Source of the DNA: Deltaproteobacteria bacterium
GTDB taxonomy: Bacteria; Desulfobacterota; Syntrophia; Syntrophales; JAAYKM01
Assembly (NCBI GenBank): GCA_012522415.1
Contig: JAAYKM010000032.1
Coordinates: 2,414-66,413 of the forward strand
Length of the DNA: 64,000 bases
Direction of reading: 5' to 3'
This document shows positions 28,551 to 38,510 of the stretch, one piece after another. The notes beneath the pieces were generated by a model, which was not told the origin of the DNA, made no database searches, and saw only the letters and a list, made by a program, of their open reading frames with translations. How positions within the stretch are numbered: the first letter of the stretch is position 1; each line of letters opens with the position of its first letter. The position numbers were made by a program, and so were the translations under genes.

Positions 28551-29031
28551 GATAAAATCCTTTCCTGTCCGGCGACTTGAAAAATACTTCTTTTGAATCC
28601 CCTCAACAGCATATGGTTACTGATCGAGCATTGGCATTACTGTTATTAGGAAAATCTTTTCTTTGTCAAGTAATAAAAAAGTTGCGCGTAAAAGGTGAAC
28701 ACATGGAACCCTTTCCGCGGCAGGCGCACCGAAGGATCAAGCCGAGGTTTTCTCAATCTGTTTGGATACCTCCGGAACGGTGAGGACATTCCTTCGCTAT
28801 TGCGGAAATGGGTGACACGCTATATAAACCTCCAATAGCTACCACACCAACCAGGGTAACTCGCAACAGATTGAAGACTGGCCTTGGAAGAGACATAAAA
28901 AACGGTTCGATGATGTTGGGCACGGTGCGGTCATGTTCGCCTCTTGCCGAATTTCATCGCGGCAGCAATTGGATCGAGAAAAGAGCCGGGATGAGGTGGG
29001 CATTTATCCCGGTCGGACGAAGGAGAAAAAA

Positions 29032-31167
29032 ATGGCGAGGCAAAAGGGATCTAAGAAAAGATTGACAGGAGACGAGGTGTCGGAAAGCCTGCCGGGCCGT
29101 ATCGAACAAATCTTGAAAACATCGAACCTGGTCACGGTCTTTTTTGATCACACCCGAGATCTCGTCATGATCGGTGACAAAAACCTTCTCTTGCTTTACG
29201 GCAATTCCTCCTTGTGGGAGACCACAGGGTACACGGCAACGGAACTGCTGAATGGGAATCTGGATAAATTTCTTCTTCCCGAATCCGTCCAGTTTATTGC
29301 CCAGGTGGTTTCGGAACAGGGCTGGCCTGTGGGCGCATCCCTGTCGGAAACCTTTCCACGTAGACCGTTCGAGGTGCGCATATCGACATCTCAGGGTGAA
29401 ATCCTGGTATTGGAAATGCGTTTGTTCATGCTTTACGATGAAAAGGGGCACACGGCGGGTTTTTTGGGCGCGGCCAGAACGATTGAAAGGCAAAACAACT
29501 TGGAGGACCCCCTGTACCATATCGAGCGCAGATATCAGGATCTTTTTGAGTCTTCCAACGATGCCATCATGATCCTCGACAAGGAAGGGTTCTTTGACTG
29601 TAACCCGAAAGCTTTGGAAATATTTGCCTGCCCCGGCAAGGAAAAATTCACGAGCCTTCATCCCGCCGATTTATCACCGCTGATGCAGCCAAATAAGGAG
29701 AAGTCCCTTGATCTGGCGAACCGGATGATTGATCTGACCATGAAAAAAGGAACCTGCTCGTTCAGCTGGGTCCATCAAAAATTTTCAGGAGAACTGTTCC
29801 CGGCGGAAGTCAACATGAGCCGATTTTCCATGGCCGGACGGGATGTGGTGCAAGCCGTGGTTCGTGATGTGTCCGATCAGGTTCGGGCCGAAGAAGAGGC
29901 GCTGAAATCGGAGCGGCGTTTTGCTGAAATCATCAACTTTCTTCCCGATCCAACCTTCGCCGTGGATCTGGATGGACGTATCATTGCCTGGAATCGGGCG
30001 ATGGAAAATCTGACGGGAATCCGGACCCAGGACATCATGGGAAAAGGCGATTATGAGCATGCCATTCCCTTCTACGGCAAAAGAAAACCTCTGTTAATCG
30101 ATCTGCTTCTGGAGAACGATCCGGAAACGCTTAAGGTCTATCGAAAAATTCATTGGGCTGAAGGATCGCTTTACTACGAAAACGATGAAGCTATGAAAGT
30201 CGGAAACAAAAATCGGTACTTGTGGTCCAAGGCCAGCCTGATCTATGACCATAACAATCAGGTCATTGGGGCCATTCAAACGATCCGCGATATTACGGAT
30301 CACAAGCAGACCGACCTGGCGGTTTTGGAGTCGGAGAAGAAGTTCCGGACCCTTTTCGAATCCTCCAATGACGCGATCATGATGCTGGATAAGCAATCCT
30401 TTTTTGATTGTAACGGGAAAACCTTGGAACTTTACGGGTTCAGTTCCAAGGAAGAATTTATCAAATATCACCCCGGTGACCTTTCTCCCGCCTTTCAGCC
30501 TGACGGTGCATCCTCCTTTGATAAAGCGAACCGTATGATCGATATTTCAATGAAAGAAGGTTTCCATTCATTTACCTGGATGCATAAAAAAACGGATGGA
30601 AGCCTCTTCCCTGCAGAAGTTCTGTTGAGCCGTTTTAAACTTCGGGGCTATCCAGTGGTGCAGGCCGTGGTCCGCGATATTACTGAACGCGTTCAAAGTG
30701 AACTGGATTTGAAACGGAGCAAGGAGGAACTGGAAGTGAAGTCTGCTTATCTTGAAGAGGCGAACACCGCATTGAAGGTCTTGCTCCGCCGGCGCGAAGA
30801 GGATAAATCGGACTTGGAAGACGATGTCCTTGCAAACGTACGGAGCCTGGTGTTGCCCTACGTTGAAAAATTGAAACAGAGTTTGACCCAACCGGCACAA
30901 CAGGCGTATCTCCAAGTCCTGGAATCAAACCTGAACAGTATTATCTCTCCCTTTCTGCGGAACATCACCCTTGCACATTTCAACCTGACTGGACGGGAAA
31001 TCCAGATAGCCAATCTTGTCAAGGAAGGGAAAACAAACAAGGAAATATCGGAAATGCTGAATCTGTCGGTTCGCTCAGTGGAGTTTCACCGGAATAATAT
31101 CCGGAAAAAGATGAAACTGAACCACCGGAAGACGAATCTCCGAGTGTTTCTCATGTCCCTGTCGTAA
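29032..31167 (+). CDS. multi-PAS sensor fused to a LuxR/FixJ-type HTH DNA-binding domain
   Basis: GAAGGAG SD before ATG at 29032. At least four PAS-like modules and a C-terminal LTGREIQIANLVKEGKTNKEISEMLNLSVRSVEFHRNNIRKKM. Confidence 0.88.
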   Translation: MARQKGSKKRLTGDEVSESLPGRIEQILKTSNLVTVFFDHTRDLVMIGDKNLLLLYGNSSLWETTGYTATELLNGNLDKFLLPESVQFIAQVVSEQGWPVGASLSETFPRRPFEVRISTSQGEILVLEMRLFMLYDEKGHTAGFLGAARTIERQNNLEDPLYHIERRYQDLFESSNDAIMILDKEGFFDCNPKALEIFACPGKEKFTSLHPADLSPLMQPNKEKSLDLANRMIDLTMKKGTCSFSWVHQKFSGELFPAEVNMSRFSMAGRDVVQAVVRDVSDQVRAEEEALKSERRFAEIINFLPDPTFAVDLDGRIIAWNRAMENLTGIRTQDIMGKGDYEHAIPFYGKRKPLLIDLLLENDPETLKVYRKIHWAEGSLYYENDEAMKVGNKNRYLWSKASLIYDHNNQVIGAIQTIRDITDHKQTDLAVLESEKKFRTLFESSNDAIMMLDKQSFFDCNGKTLELYGFSSKEEFIKYHPGDLSPAFQPDGASSFDKANRMIDISMKEGFHSFTWMHKKTDGSLFPAEVLLSRFKLRGYPVVQAVVRDITERVQSELDLKRSKEELEVKSAYLEEANTALKVLLRRREEDKSDLEDDVLANVRSLVLPYVEKLKQSLTQPAQQAYLQVLESNLNSIISPFLRNITLAHFNLTGREIQIANLVKEGKTNKEISEMLNLSVRSVEFHRNNIRKKMKLNHRKTNLRVFLMSLS
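29545..29880 (+). repeat. PAS module copy 1 (intragenic duplication)
   Basis: FESSNDAIMILDKEGFFDCN...LFPAEVNMSRF...VVQAVVRDVSDQ is collinear with copy 2, with more than half the residues identical by eye. Confidence 0.8.
30355..30690 (+). repeat. PAS module copy 2 (intragenic duplication)
   Basis: FESSNDAIMMLDKQSFFDCN...LFPAEVLLSRF...VVQAVVRDITER. Confidence 0.8.
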
Positions 31168-31211
31168 AGTCGTATTCAATCTAAACGGGACCGCAACGGA
31201 GGGCCATGGGA

Positions 31212-32303
31212 TTAGTAGGCCTGCAGCCACTTGTTCATACGGGGATGTTCCTCGTTTGTCCAGCGTTCGGATTGACGAATCGTCAGGAAAAGGGCAAAAA
31301 GATTGTCCATGGCCGAAACAGCCCGTTCCATGAGATAAATCCGCTCGAGGCACCTGCTGTCGGTGTCTTTTTCATCGGTTGCCTCGACTACCTCCGGTAG
31401 TTTCAAAGACTGAAAACCGTATGTATCAGCCTTGAAAGTGAATTCCCAGGTATCCGCGTCAATGCGCAGCCGAATGCGTCCTTCACGTATTTTCTTGCCC
31501 TGCCGCAGGGCCTCTTTCCCCTCCTTCAAATCGGTATTGATTCCATGGCAGGTAACCGTTTCGACATCGGTGCCGTTTCCCGATTCGAGAACCAGACGAC
31601 GGAGAAAAACGACCTCGATTTCATCACCCCGAACGGGGAGGTTGATGGCCCCATTTCTTTCCTCTGATTTGAACCAGAGCCAGGTTAGAAATTCACGGCC
31701 TGCCGTTTTGACGTCAATGGCGGAATTGTGTGCCTCTGCATCGTTGGACGTTAAATGCCGGCCTGATCGTTCCCAGGGAAGATACGGCACAGGGATGAAC
31801 CCGAATGTTTCCTTGAAGATTTCCAGAAAATCCAGGTTGGCAAGTTCTGCCAACGACGTGAAAACAAGCCACTGCCCTGACAGAGACCAGCAGACATCAT
31901 AAAAAGAGGGGATGGGGAGACTCTGCTGGAGGATCGAGAGGTGAAGACGATCCCGAATATCCTGCTTCTGTTCCCGATAGAGCCGATCCCTGCCTGTTTC
32001 GGCAAGATACCTTCTCTCGGCGGTCATAGCCTCCACCTTCAACAGCGAAGCTGGAACCGTTTTCCGGTCCACCCGAAGCGAAAACAGAAGAAAATCACCC
32101 TTTACATGGCGGCTATCATCGAACCGTGTGTCCAGAATATCCTCCAGACCCGTCCAGCCCACAATTTTCGTTCGTTCTGAAGTTTCCAGGCCCGAAAATG
32201 CGTGGCGAACCAGACGTTCCCGTGCAAAATCGAGGAAACGGTCCGGCAGATTCTCCGCGATTTCATAGCGAGTAAAAGTGAGGGGGCCCTTGAGAATGCC
32301 CAT
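31212..32303 (-). CDS. rdgC: RdgC-like recombination-associated protein
   Basis: AAGGAG SD. The N-terminus MGILKGPLTFTRYEI and the region ...KTVPASLLK...REQKQDIRDRLHLSILQQSLPIPSFYDV follow the RdgC layout from memory. Confidence 0.55.
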   Translation of the reverse strand: MGILKGPLTFTRYEIAENLPDRFLDFARERLVRHAFSGLETSERTKIVGWTGLEDILDTRFDDSRHVKGDFLLFSLRVDRKTVPASLLKVEAMTAERRYLAETGRDRLYREQKQDIRDRLHLSILQQSLPIPSFYDVCWSLSGQWLVFTSLAELANLDFLEIFKETFGFIPVPYLPWERSGRHLTSNDAEAHNSAIDVKTAGREFLTWLWFKSEERNGAINLPVRGDEIEVVFLRRLVLESGNGTDVETVTCHGINTDLKEGKEALRQGKKIREGRIRLRIDADTWEFTFKADTYGFQSLKLPEVVEATDEKDTDSRCLERIYLMERAVSAMDNLFALFLTIRQSERWTNEEHPRMNKWLQAY

Positions 32304-32364
32304 AGTTTGCTCCTTTCCATTCAGGTGCGGTCACAATATCCGGCGTTTGAACCCATGCCCTCGC

Positions 32365-33231
32365 CTACAAGGACATGCCGATTTGCGGGGAGGCGTGCTT
32401 CTTACCGGAAGTATGCCCGGTGCGCAGAACTTCTTTCAGCAGGGCCGCGGCCTCCCGATTTCTTTTCTCCGGGGTTTTCGCCCCCATCAGGACAATGATA
32501 TAACGCTGTTCCCCTTTACAGGCCGTGACGATTGTGTGGTAACCCGACACCCTGGTGAAACCGGTTTTTAATCCATCCACTTCGGGGTATTTTCCTAGAA
32601 GCCTGTTACGGTTGGGTTGTGTGATTTCGTGATAGGAATATGACCGCTGTGAATGCAGGTCTAGCGCCCACGGGAATCGGCGGATATAAATATCTGCGAG
32701 GATCGCCATGTCGCGGGCGGTCGTGATTCCACCTTTGGCAGGCAGCCCGTGGGGATTGGCAAAACGGCTGTTCTTCATGCCCAGAAGACTGGCGGTCCGA
32801 TTCATCCGCGCGACAAAAGTGGGTACATCACCGTCGACATACTCCGCCAGGGCGGTGGCCGCATCGTTGGCGGAAACGATTGCCATGCCCTTCATCAGGG
32901 TTTCCAGTTCTACTTCGGTGTCCGGTTCCAGAAACATCTGCGACCCGCCTGTCTGCCACGCCTTTTTGCTGATTTTCACTTGGTCGTCCAGATGGATTTT
33001 CTTGTTCTGTATTGCCTCGAAGATCACGTAGAGCGAGAGAACCTTGGCGAGAGATGCCGGTTGGATCGGCTCATCGATATTTTTGGCCTTGATGATGGTG
33101 CCCGTTGCCGCATTCAACACACAATAGGATTTGGCATGGATCGTGTCGCCAGTTTTATTGCCATGTGCCGGAGACCCGGCAAGGAAAACAAAAACGAGGA
33201 CGATGCACAAAAGGTATTTACGCATATTCAT
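32365..33231 (-). CDS. dacC: D-alanyl-D-alanine carboxypeptidase (S11, PBP5/6-like)
   Basis: Signal peptide plus SLAK (SxxK), SANDA (SxN) and KTGFT (KTG) motifs. Confidence 0.85.
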   Translation of the reverse strand: MNMRKYLLCIVLVFVFLAGSPAHGNKTGDTIHAKSYCVLNAATGTIIKAKNIDEPIQPASLAKVLSLYVIFEAIQNKKIHLDDQVKISKKAWQTGGSQMFLEPDTEVELETLMKGMAIVSANDAATALAEYVDGDVPTFVARMNRTASLLGMKNSRFANPHGLPAKGGITTARDMAILADIYIRRFPWALDLHSQRSYSYHEITQPNRNRLLGKYPEVDGLKTGFTRVSGYHTIVTACKGEQRYIIVLMGAKTPEKRNREAAALLKEVLRTGHTSGKKHASPQIGMSL

Positions 33232-33484
33232 TCCGTAAACTTTGCAGACTCCCGTTCCATTCCACATCATCTGTAACGGGGCGATAAGCGGAATGCACAA
33301 ATAGGCCATTGTGCGGTCTCTGTCAAGAGGTCTTCGTCGAATCCTGAAAAGGAACATGGGCGGTGAAAAGCAGGCGATCAGGACATCGAGGGCCGTAAAC
33401 GGCCCTTGCGGGACTGTTTAGGATTGCAATTATTCATGATTGGGAATAGAAAGAAACGCACCAGTGATGGAAGGATTGAACAAC

Positions 33485-33865
33485 ATGGCGGGTATTTATG
33501 AAATCCACGTCAAAACGCATTTTTCGGCGGCCCACACCTTGACCGGTTATCCCGGCGATTGCGCCCGTCTTCACGGTCATAACTGGAATGTTGAATTGTT
33601 TGTACGCTGTAAGGGTTTGGATGACATCGGTATTGGGATCGATTTTCGGACGGTTAAGGAAAAGATCAACCGGATTCTGGAAGGATTGGACCATAGAAAC
33701 CTCAATGATTTGAGTATATTTCGTGGCACAAACCCCACATCGGAAATTGTTGCCCGTTATCTTTACGGTGCCTTGCAGCGAGATTTGAATGACGGCCGGG
33801 TTTGGATTTCCAAAGTGAAGGTTTCAGAAACGGATGACGCTGGGGCTTTTTACTGGGAGGAATAG
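33485..33865 (+). CDS. queD: 6-carboxy-5,6,7,8-tetrahydropterin synthase
   Basis: FSAAHTL...CARLHGHNW plus the queE/queC context. GGAAGGA SD. Confidence 0.88.
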   Translation: MAGIYEIHVKTHFSAAHTLTGYPGDCARLHGHNWNVELFVRCKGLDDIGIGIDFRTVKEKINRILEGLDHRNLNDLSIFRGTNPTSEIVARYLYGALQRDLNDGRVWISKVKVSETDDAGAFYWEE

Positions 33866-34513
33866 TTGTCTCTCATTGTCAATGAAATCTTCCACAGTCT
33901 TCAGGGAGAATCATCCCATGCGGGACGGCCTTGCGTTTTCGTCCGCCTGACAGGATGCAACCTACGCTGTTCTTACTGCGATACGCGCTATGCCTATGAT
34001 GAAGGGGAGGCGATGGATGTGGAGGAGGTCATCGGGCGTGTTTCCGCCTTTCCCTGCCGACTTGTGGAGGTGACGGGAGGAGAACCGCTCCTGCAGAGGA
34101 AAACCCCGGGTTTGATCAAAATGATGCTCGATAGAGGCTTCGAAGTACTCTTGGAAACAAACGGTACCAGGGATATCGGCTCCATTGACTCCCGTTGTGT
34201 CCGTATTGTCGATATCAAGTGTCCTTCCAGCGGCGAAGCGGAGAAAAATGACTTCGGGAATTTTTCTCACCTGACTTCGCGGGACGAGATCAAGTTTGTC
34301 ATGATGGATCGTAGAGATTACGATTATGCGGTGGGTATTCTAGCCCGATACAGGGATGTTTGCACGGCGGCCAAACCCCCTCTGTTCTCGCCGATCTTGG
34401 GAATGCTGGAACCGTCAGTACTCGCAGAATGGATTCTCAATGACGGTCTGCCCGTGCGTATGCAGTTGCAACTCCAAAAAATTATATGGGGTCAGGAAGT
34501 CAGGGGGGTCTAG
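33866..34513 (+). CDS. queE: 7-carboxy-7-deazaguanine synthase (radical SAM)
   Basis: VNEIFHSLQGES..FVRLTGCNLRCSYCDT. TTG start immediately after the queD stop. Confidence 0.88.
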   Translation: MSLIVNEIFHSLQGESSHAGRPCVFVRLTGCNLRCSYCDTRYAYDEGEAMDVEEVIGRVSAFPCRLVEVTGGEPLLQRKTPGLIKMMLDRGFEVLLETNGTRDIGSIDSRCVRIVDIKCPSSGEAEKNDFGNFSHLTSRDEIKFVMMDRRDYDYAVGILARYRDVCTAAKPPLFSPILGMLEPSVLAEWILNDGLPVRMQLQLQKIIWGQEVRGV

Positions 34514-34522
34514 GAGGAATTA

Positions 34523-35215
34523 ATGCCAAAAAGGAAGAAAGCGATCGTTCTTTTAAGCGGCGGCCTCGACTCAACCACATTGATTGCCATGGCGAAGGAA
34601 GAAGGTTATCTCCTTCATGCATTGACCTTTTGTTATGGTCAAAGGCATCATCAGGAATTAGAGGCGGCGAAACGGGTGGCCGAATTCTTTCGGGTTCAGG
34701 AACATCGCATCGTTGATATTGATCTGCGTGCGTTCGGCGGCTCCGCCCTGACCGGCAATGTCGATGTGCCTAAGCGAAACACGATTGCCCCTGTCGGTGA
34801 AATACCGGTGACTTATGTACCCGCCCGGAATACGATTTTCTTGAGCTATGGCCTGGCTTGGGCGGAGGTCCTGGGGAGCGGCGATATTTTTATCGGGGTC
34901 AATGCCATTGATTACAGCGGTTATCCGGACTGCCGGCCCGAGTTTATCGCGGCGTATGAAAAGATGGCGAACCTTGCAACCAGGGCCGCCGTGGAGGGAA
35001 AAATTCCTGTATCAATTCGTATCCCCCTTATGTATTTGTCGAAGGGGGAGATTATTCGGACGGGATTGAGCCTCGGCGTCGACTACAGCATGACCATGAC
35101 CTGTTACGACCCGTCCCCCGATGGCTTGGCTTGTGGGCAATGTGATAGCTGCCTGTTGCGGAAAAAGGGCTTCGCCGAGGCCGGCATGAGCGATCCGCTT
35201 TCCTATCGTCAATAG
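34523..35215 (+). CDS. queC: 7-cyano-7-deazaguanine synthase
   Basis: [15 protein letters not shown]-loop and a C-terminal [10 protein letters not shown] zinc motif. Confidence 0.9.
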   Translation: MPKRKKAIVLLSGGLDSTTLIAMAKEEGYLLHALTFCYGQRHHQELEAAKRVAEFFRVQEHRIVDIDLRAFGGSALTGNVDVPKRNTIAPVGEIPVTYVPARNTIFLSYGLAWAEVLGSGDIFIGVNAIDYSGYPDCRPEFIAAYEKMANLATRAAVEGKIPVSIRIPLMYLSKGEIIRTGLSLGVDYSMTMTCYDPSPDGLACGQCDSCLLRKKGFAEAGMSDPLSYRQ

Positions 35216-35272
35216 ACACCCAGCGGTAATTATGATAGTAAACACGAATATTTTACAAACGACGGGTTTGTC

Positions 35273-36163
35273 ATGGGCATAAAGAAAATCGGCATCATAG
35301 CGAATATCGACAAGGAAAGATCTGACGAGTATACCATCCAACTTCGAGACTGGCTTTTGGTCCGTGGTTTCAAGGTCTATCTGGAAAAACACACGGCACG
35401 CAAAGTGGGCAAGAGGGACGGTATGGATCGCCGCCACCTGGCATCGGTGGTTGATTTGATCATAGCCTTTGGGGGTGACGGAACGATTCTGCGACTCGCC
35501 CATTTTATCCGGGGAATTGAAATTCCCATCGTGGGACTTAATATGGGTGGTTTCGGCTATCTGACGGAAGTGAATCTCAGCGAGATGTTCTGTTCTCTGG
35601 AACGGATTCTATCCGGGAATTTTGAAATGGAGAAACGGATGATGCTCGATGTCGCTATCAAAGGCCAGGATGCCGAAATAGAAGAACAGGCGGTTCTCAA
35701 CGATGTCGTTATCGGTCGGGGACATCTTTCTCGGATGGTCGAATTGGAGGTTTTCGTTAATGATGCGTTTCTGACGACCTTCAAGGCTGATGGGATCATC
35801 GTTTCCACGCCCACGGGTTCTACCGCTTATTCCCTTTCCGCCGGGGGACCGATTGTTTATCCCAAAATGGCCTGCATGGTCATCAGTCCTTTGTGTCCGC
35901 ACACCCTGACCAACCGCCCGATTATTCTGCCCGCGGACGTGGTGGTGACGGCAAAACTTATTACCCGTGAACCGGGGGCCATGGTGACCCTGGACGGGCA
36001 AATATCCTACGACCTCAAGACCGGGGATACCGTAACCGTTTGCCGGTCTCCCTACGTGACAAACCTGATCTCCTCGCCGCTTCGCGATTACTGGGAGATT
36101 CTCCGATCAAAACTGGGTTGGGGGAGACTGCCGGGGGGATCAATGAACAACAAGCCATGCTGA
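35273..36163 (+). CDS. nadK: NAD(+) kinase
   Basis: FGGDGTILR, NMGGFGYL and DGIIVSTPTGSTAYSLSAGGP. Confidence 0.9.
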   Translation: MGIKKIGIIANIDKERSDEYTIQLRDWLLVRGFKVYLEKHTARKVGKRDGMDRRHLASVVDLIIAFGGDGTILRLAHFIRGIEIPIVGLNMGGFGYLTEVNLSEMFCSLERILSGNFEMEKRMMLDVAIKGQDAEIEEQAVLNDVVIGRGHLSRMVELEVFVNDAFLTTFKADGIIVSTPTGSTAYSLSAGGPIVYPKMACMVISPLCPHTLTNRPIILPADVVVTAKLITREPGAMVTLDGQISYDLKTGDTVTVCRSPYVTNLISSPLRDYWEILRSKLGWGRLPGGSMNNKPC

Positions 36164-37851
36164 CCGATCTCAGGATCAAAAATTTTGCTATCATCGGGGA
36201 ATTACAGATCTCCTTGGAAGAAGGCCTGACGGTGCTGACGGGAGAGACTGGCGCGGGTAAGTCCATTGTTCTGGGCGCCCTTGGCCTCGTACAGGGTGAT
36301 CGCGCAACCCCCGATTTGATTCGCACCGATGAAGACGAGGCCGTTGTCGAGGCGGTTTTTGATATTGCAGGCCGTTTTACGCTTCAAGAGAAGCTTCGGG
36401 AGATGGGATTGGAAGCAGCCGATACACTTGTTCTGAAAAGGATCGTTTCCCGGTCGGAGCGAAACCGGGTTTTTATCAACGGCTCCTCCGCCACCTTGGG
36501 GATGCTCACCACGCTGAGCGAACCTCTGATTGATATCTGCAGTCAACGGGAGCACCAGGTGTTTCTTAATCCGGACAATCACATTGATCTTCTGGATGAC
36601 TTTGGCGACTTGTTTCCCTTGAGAAACGAATATGAGGAGATGTACGGAAAATATCAGACGCTTCGGGAACAACGGCGGGCGTTGCAGAAGCGAGCAAAAA
36701 ATCGAGACGAGAGAGTGGACTACCTCACTTTCCAGCTTCGGGAAATTGATCAGTCCTCCCTACAGGAAGGCGAAGAAGAGGCGCTGCGGGAGGAAAAAAA
36801 ATTCCTGACCAATATTCAAAAACTGGAAAGCCACGCCAACAAGGCCTACGATACGCTTTATGGACAGGACGAGTCAATTCTGGAGAAACTCCGATTCGTG
36901 CAGACTGAAATCAAGTCGATCAACGAGATCGACGATCGCTTCCCGACCCAAGCCGAGGGCTTGGATGCCATCTATTACGGACTTGAAGAACTCTGCTTTT
37001 CCCTGCGTGATTATTGCAAGACATTGATTGTCGATCCACAGCGTCTGGACACGATCGAAGAGCGTTTGGCCCTGCTGCAGGAGTTTAAACGAAAGTACGG
37101 ACATAGTATTGCCGGTATTCTCGAAGAACGGGAAGCCATTGCCTTGGAACTGAACGAACTTTCGCAGCTGAAAGATGATATGGGAGCCTTGGATGCTCAG
37201 GTTGCCCTCTGCCTTCAGGAACTGGAACAAAAGGCGCAATCTCTGTCTGATGCTCGTCAGGCCGCAGCCCGCAGGATGGAAGGCGCCATGGAGGATGAAT
37301 TCAAGACCTTGAAAATGGTTGCCTCTGTCTTTCATGTCAAGTTTGCCTGGCATGCGGAAAAAGGCCTCGCCCTGGGGCCGAAGGGGTGGGATCAGGTTGA
37401 ATTTTACCTCTCCACCAATGTCGGAGAGGCGTTGAAGCCTATGACACGCATCGCTTCCGGAGGCGAACTTTCCAGGATTATTCTGGCAATGAGGAGGATC
37501 ATGCTACAAACTGATCCGGTTGCAACGATGATATTCGACGAGGTGGACAGCGGTGTCGGAGGGGCTACGGCGGAGGTGATCGGTGAGAAACTTCGGGACT
37601 TGGCCGGCCGCCATCAGATCCTCTGCATTACCCACCTGCCCCAGATCGCCTGCTTCGGCGATCACCACCTCCGTATTTCCAAGGCGGTTATAGAGGGCCG
37701 GACCCATGTTCGCCTCAGTGTCTTGTCAGACGAAGAAAGGGTTGATGAAATTGCGCACATGATGGGGGGCGGCAGCTTCACAGAGATAGCCAGAAAATGT
37801 GCGGGCGAGTACAGGCGGTCCCTGACAAGAAAATCGACAGAACCGGCATAA
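36157..37851 (+). CDS. recN: DNA repair protein RecN
   Basis: MLTDLRIKNFAII...LTGETGAGKSI Walker A, a long coiled coil, and C-terminal SGGELSRI..FDEVDSGVGG. ATGCTGA overlap with the nadK stop. Confidence 0.92.
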   Translation: MLTDLRIKNFAIIGELQISLEEGLTVLTGETGAGKSIVLGALGLVQGDRATPDLIRTDEDEAVVEAVFDIAGRFTLQEKLREMGLEAADTLVLKRIVSRSERNRVFINGSSATLGMLTTLSEPLIDICSQREHQVFLNPDNHIDLLDDFGDLFPLRNEYEEMYGKYQTLREQRRALQKRAKNRDERVDYLTFQLREIDQSSLQEGEEEALREEKKFLTNIQKLESHANKAYDTLYGQDESILEKLRFVQTEIKSINEIDDRFPTQAEGLDAIYYGLEELCFSLRDYCKTLIVDPQRLDTIEERLALLQEFKRKYGHSIAGILEEREAIALELNELSQLKDDMGALDAQVALCLQELEQKAQSLSDARQAAARRMEGAMEDEFKTLKMVASVFHVKFAWHAEKGLALGPKGWDQVEFYLSTNVGEALKPMTRIASGGELSRIILAMRRIMLQTDPVATMIFDEVDSGVGGATAEVIGEKLRDLAGRHQILCITHLPQIACFGDHHLRISKAVIEGRTHVRLSVLSDEERVDEIAHMMGGGSFTEIARKCAGEYRRSLTRKSTEPA

Positions 37852-38051
37852 CCGGGGTCGAGGTTGTTCCTGCGCGATCTTGTTTTGACGCCCGTGTCGT
37901 TATGAGATATACAGCGGGACAAAATATTTGTCACCTTTGATCAGTGGGCGGCCTGTGGCGGAACCGATGTTTCGTGTGAGGAAAACGGCGACAAAAGGTC
38001 AGGCAGTCACCATCAGACAATGAGGGATATGAATGAAGGGAATTCGGATCC

Positions 38052-38510
38052 ATGCTCAGAAAAGCTCGTATCGGTGATGTCCGGGCCATACACAGAATGA
38101 TCAACCTGTCTTCCCAGAAGGGAGAAATGCTTCCCCGTTCCCTTATGGATATCTACGGCAACCTGCGGGATTTTTTCGTATATTACGACAAAGATGAACG
38201 CTCCGTTATCGGTATTTGCGCCATGAGCATCATTTGGGAAAATCTTGCCGAAATCCGTTCTCTTTATGTGGAACAAGAACATCGTCGTAGAGGTATCGCC
38301 AAAAAGCTTGTCGAGGCCTGCATTTCTGAAGCCATCACCCTTGAGCTTTTTCGTGTATTTACCTTGACCTATCAGACGTCCTTTTTTACACGCCTGGGTT
38401 TTCATGAAGTGGACCGTTCCACCCTGCCCGAAAAAATCTGGTCTGATTGCTTCCGCTGCTCAAAATATCCGGATTTCTGTGATGAAACGGCCATGATTTT
38501 GGAATTATGA
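38052..38510 (+). CDS. GNAT-family N-acetyltransferase (short ArgA-like)
   Basis: LYVEQEHRRRGIAKKLV is the acetyl-CoA binding motif; 152 aa. Confidence 0.7.
   Translation: MLRKARIGDVRAIHRMINLSSQKGEMLPRSLMDIYGNLRDFFVYYDKDERSVIGICAMSIIWENLAEIRSLYVEQEHRRRGIAKKLVEACISEAITLELFRVFTLTYQTSFFTRLGFHEVDRSTLPEKIWSDCFRCSKYPDFCDETAMILEL

Noticed and set aside
28577-29065. Two track ORFs (28577..28783 and 28808..29065) in the same frame separated by TGA, considered as a second selenoprotein candidate
   Set aside because: The translations are Arg/Lys-rich low-complexity with no domain-like pattern and no SD. No hairpin with SECIS geometry was noticed. The second ORF runs into the SD and start of the PAS-LuxR gene, so the region is more likely a 5' leader.
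33358-33484. Possible preQ1 riboswitch upstream of queD-queE-queC
   Set aside because: Nothing resembling the short preQ1-I/II consensus hairpin with an A-rich tail was seen. There is only a GGGCCG-TAAA-CGGCCC hairpin in the divergent promoter region.
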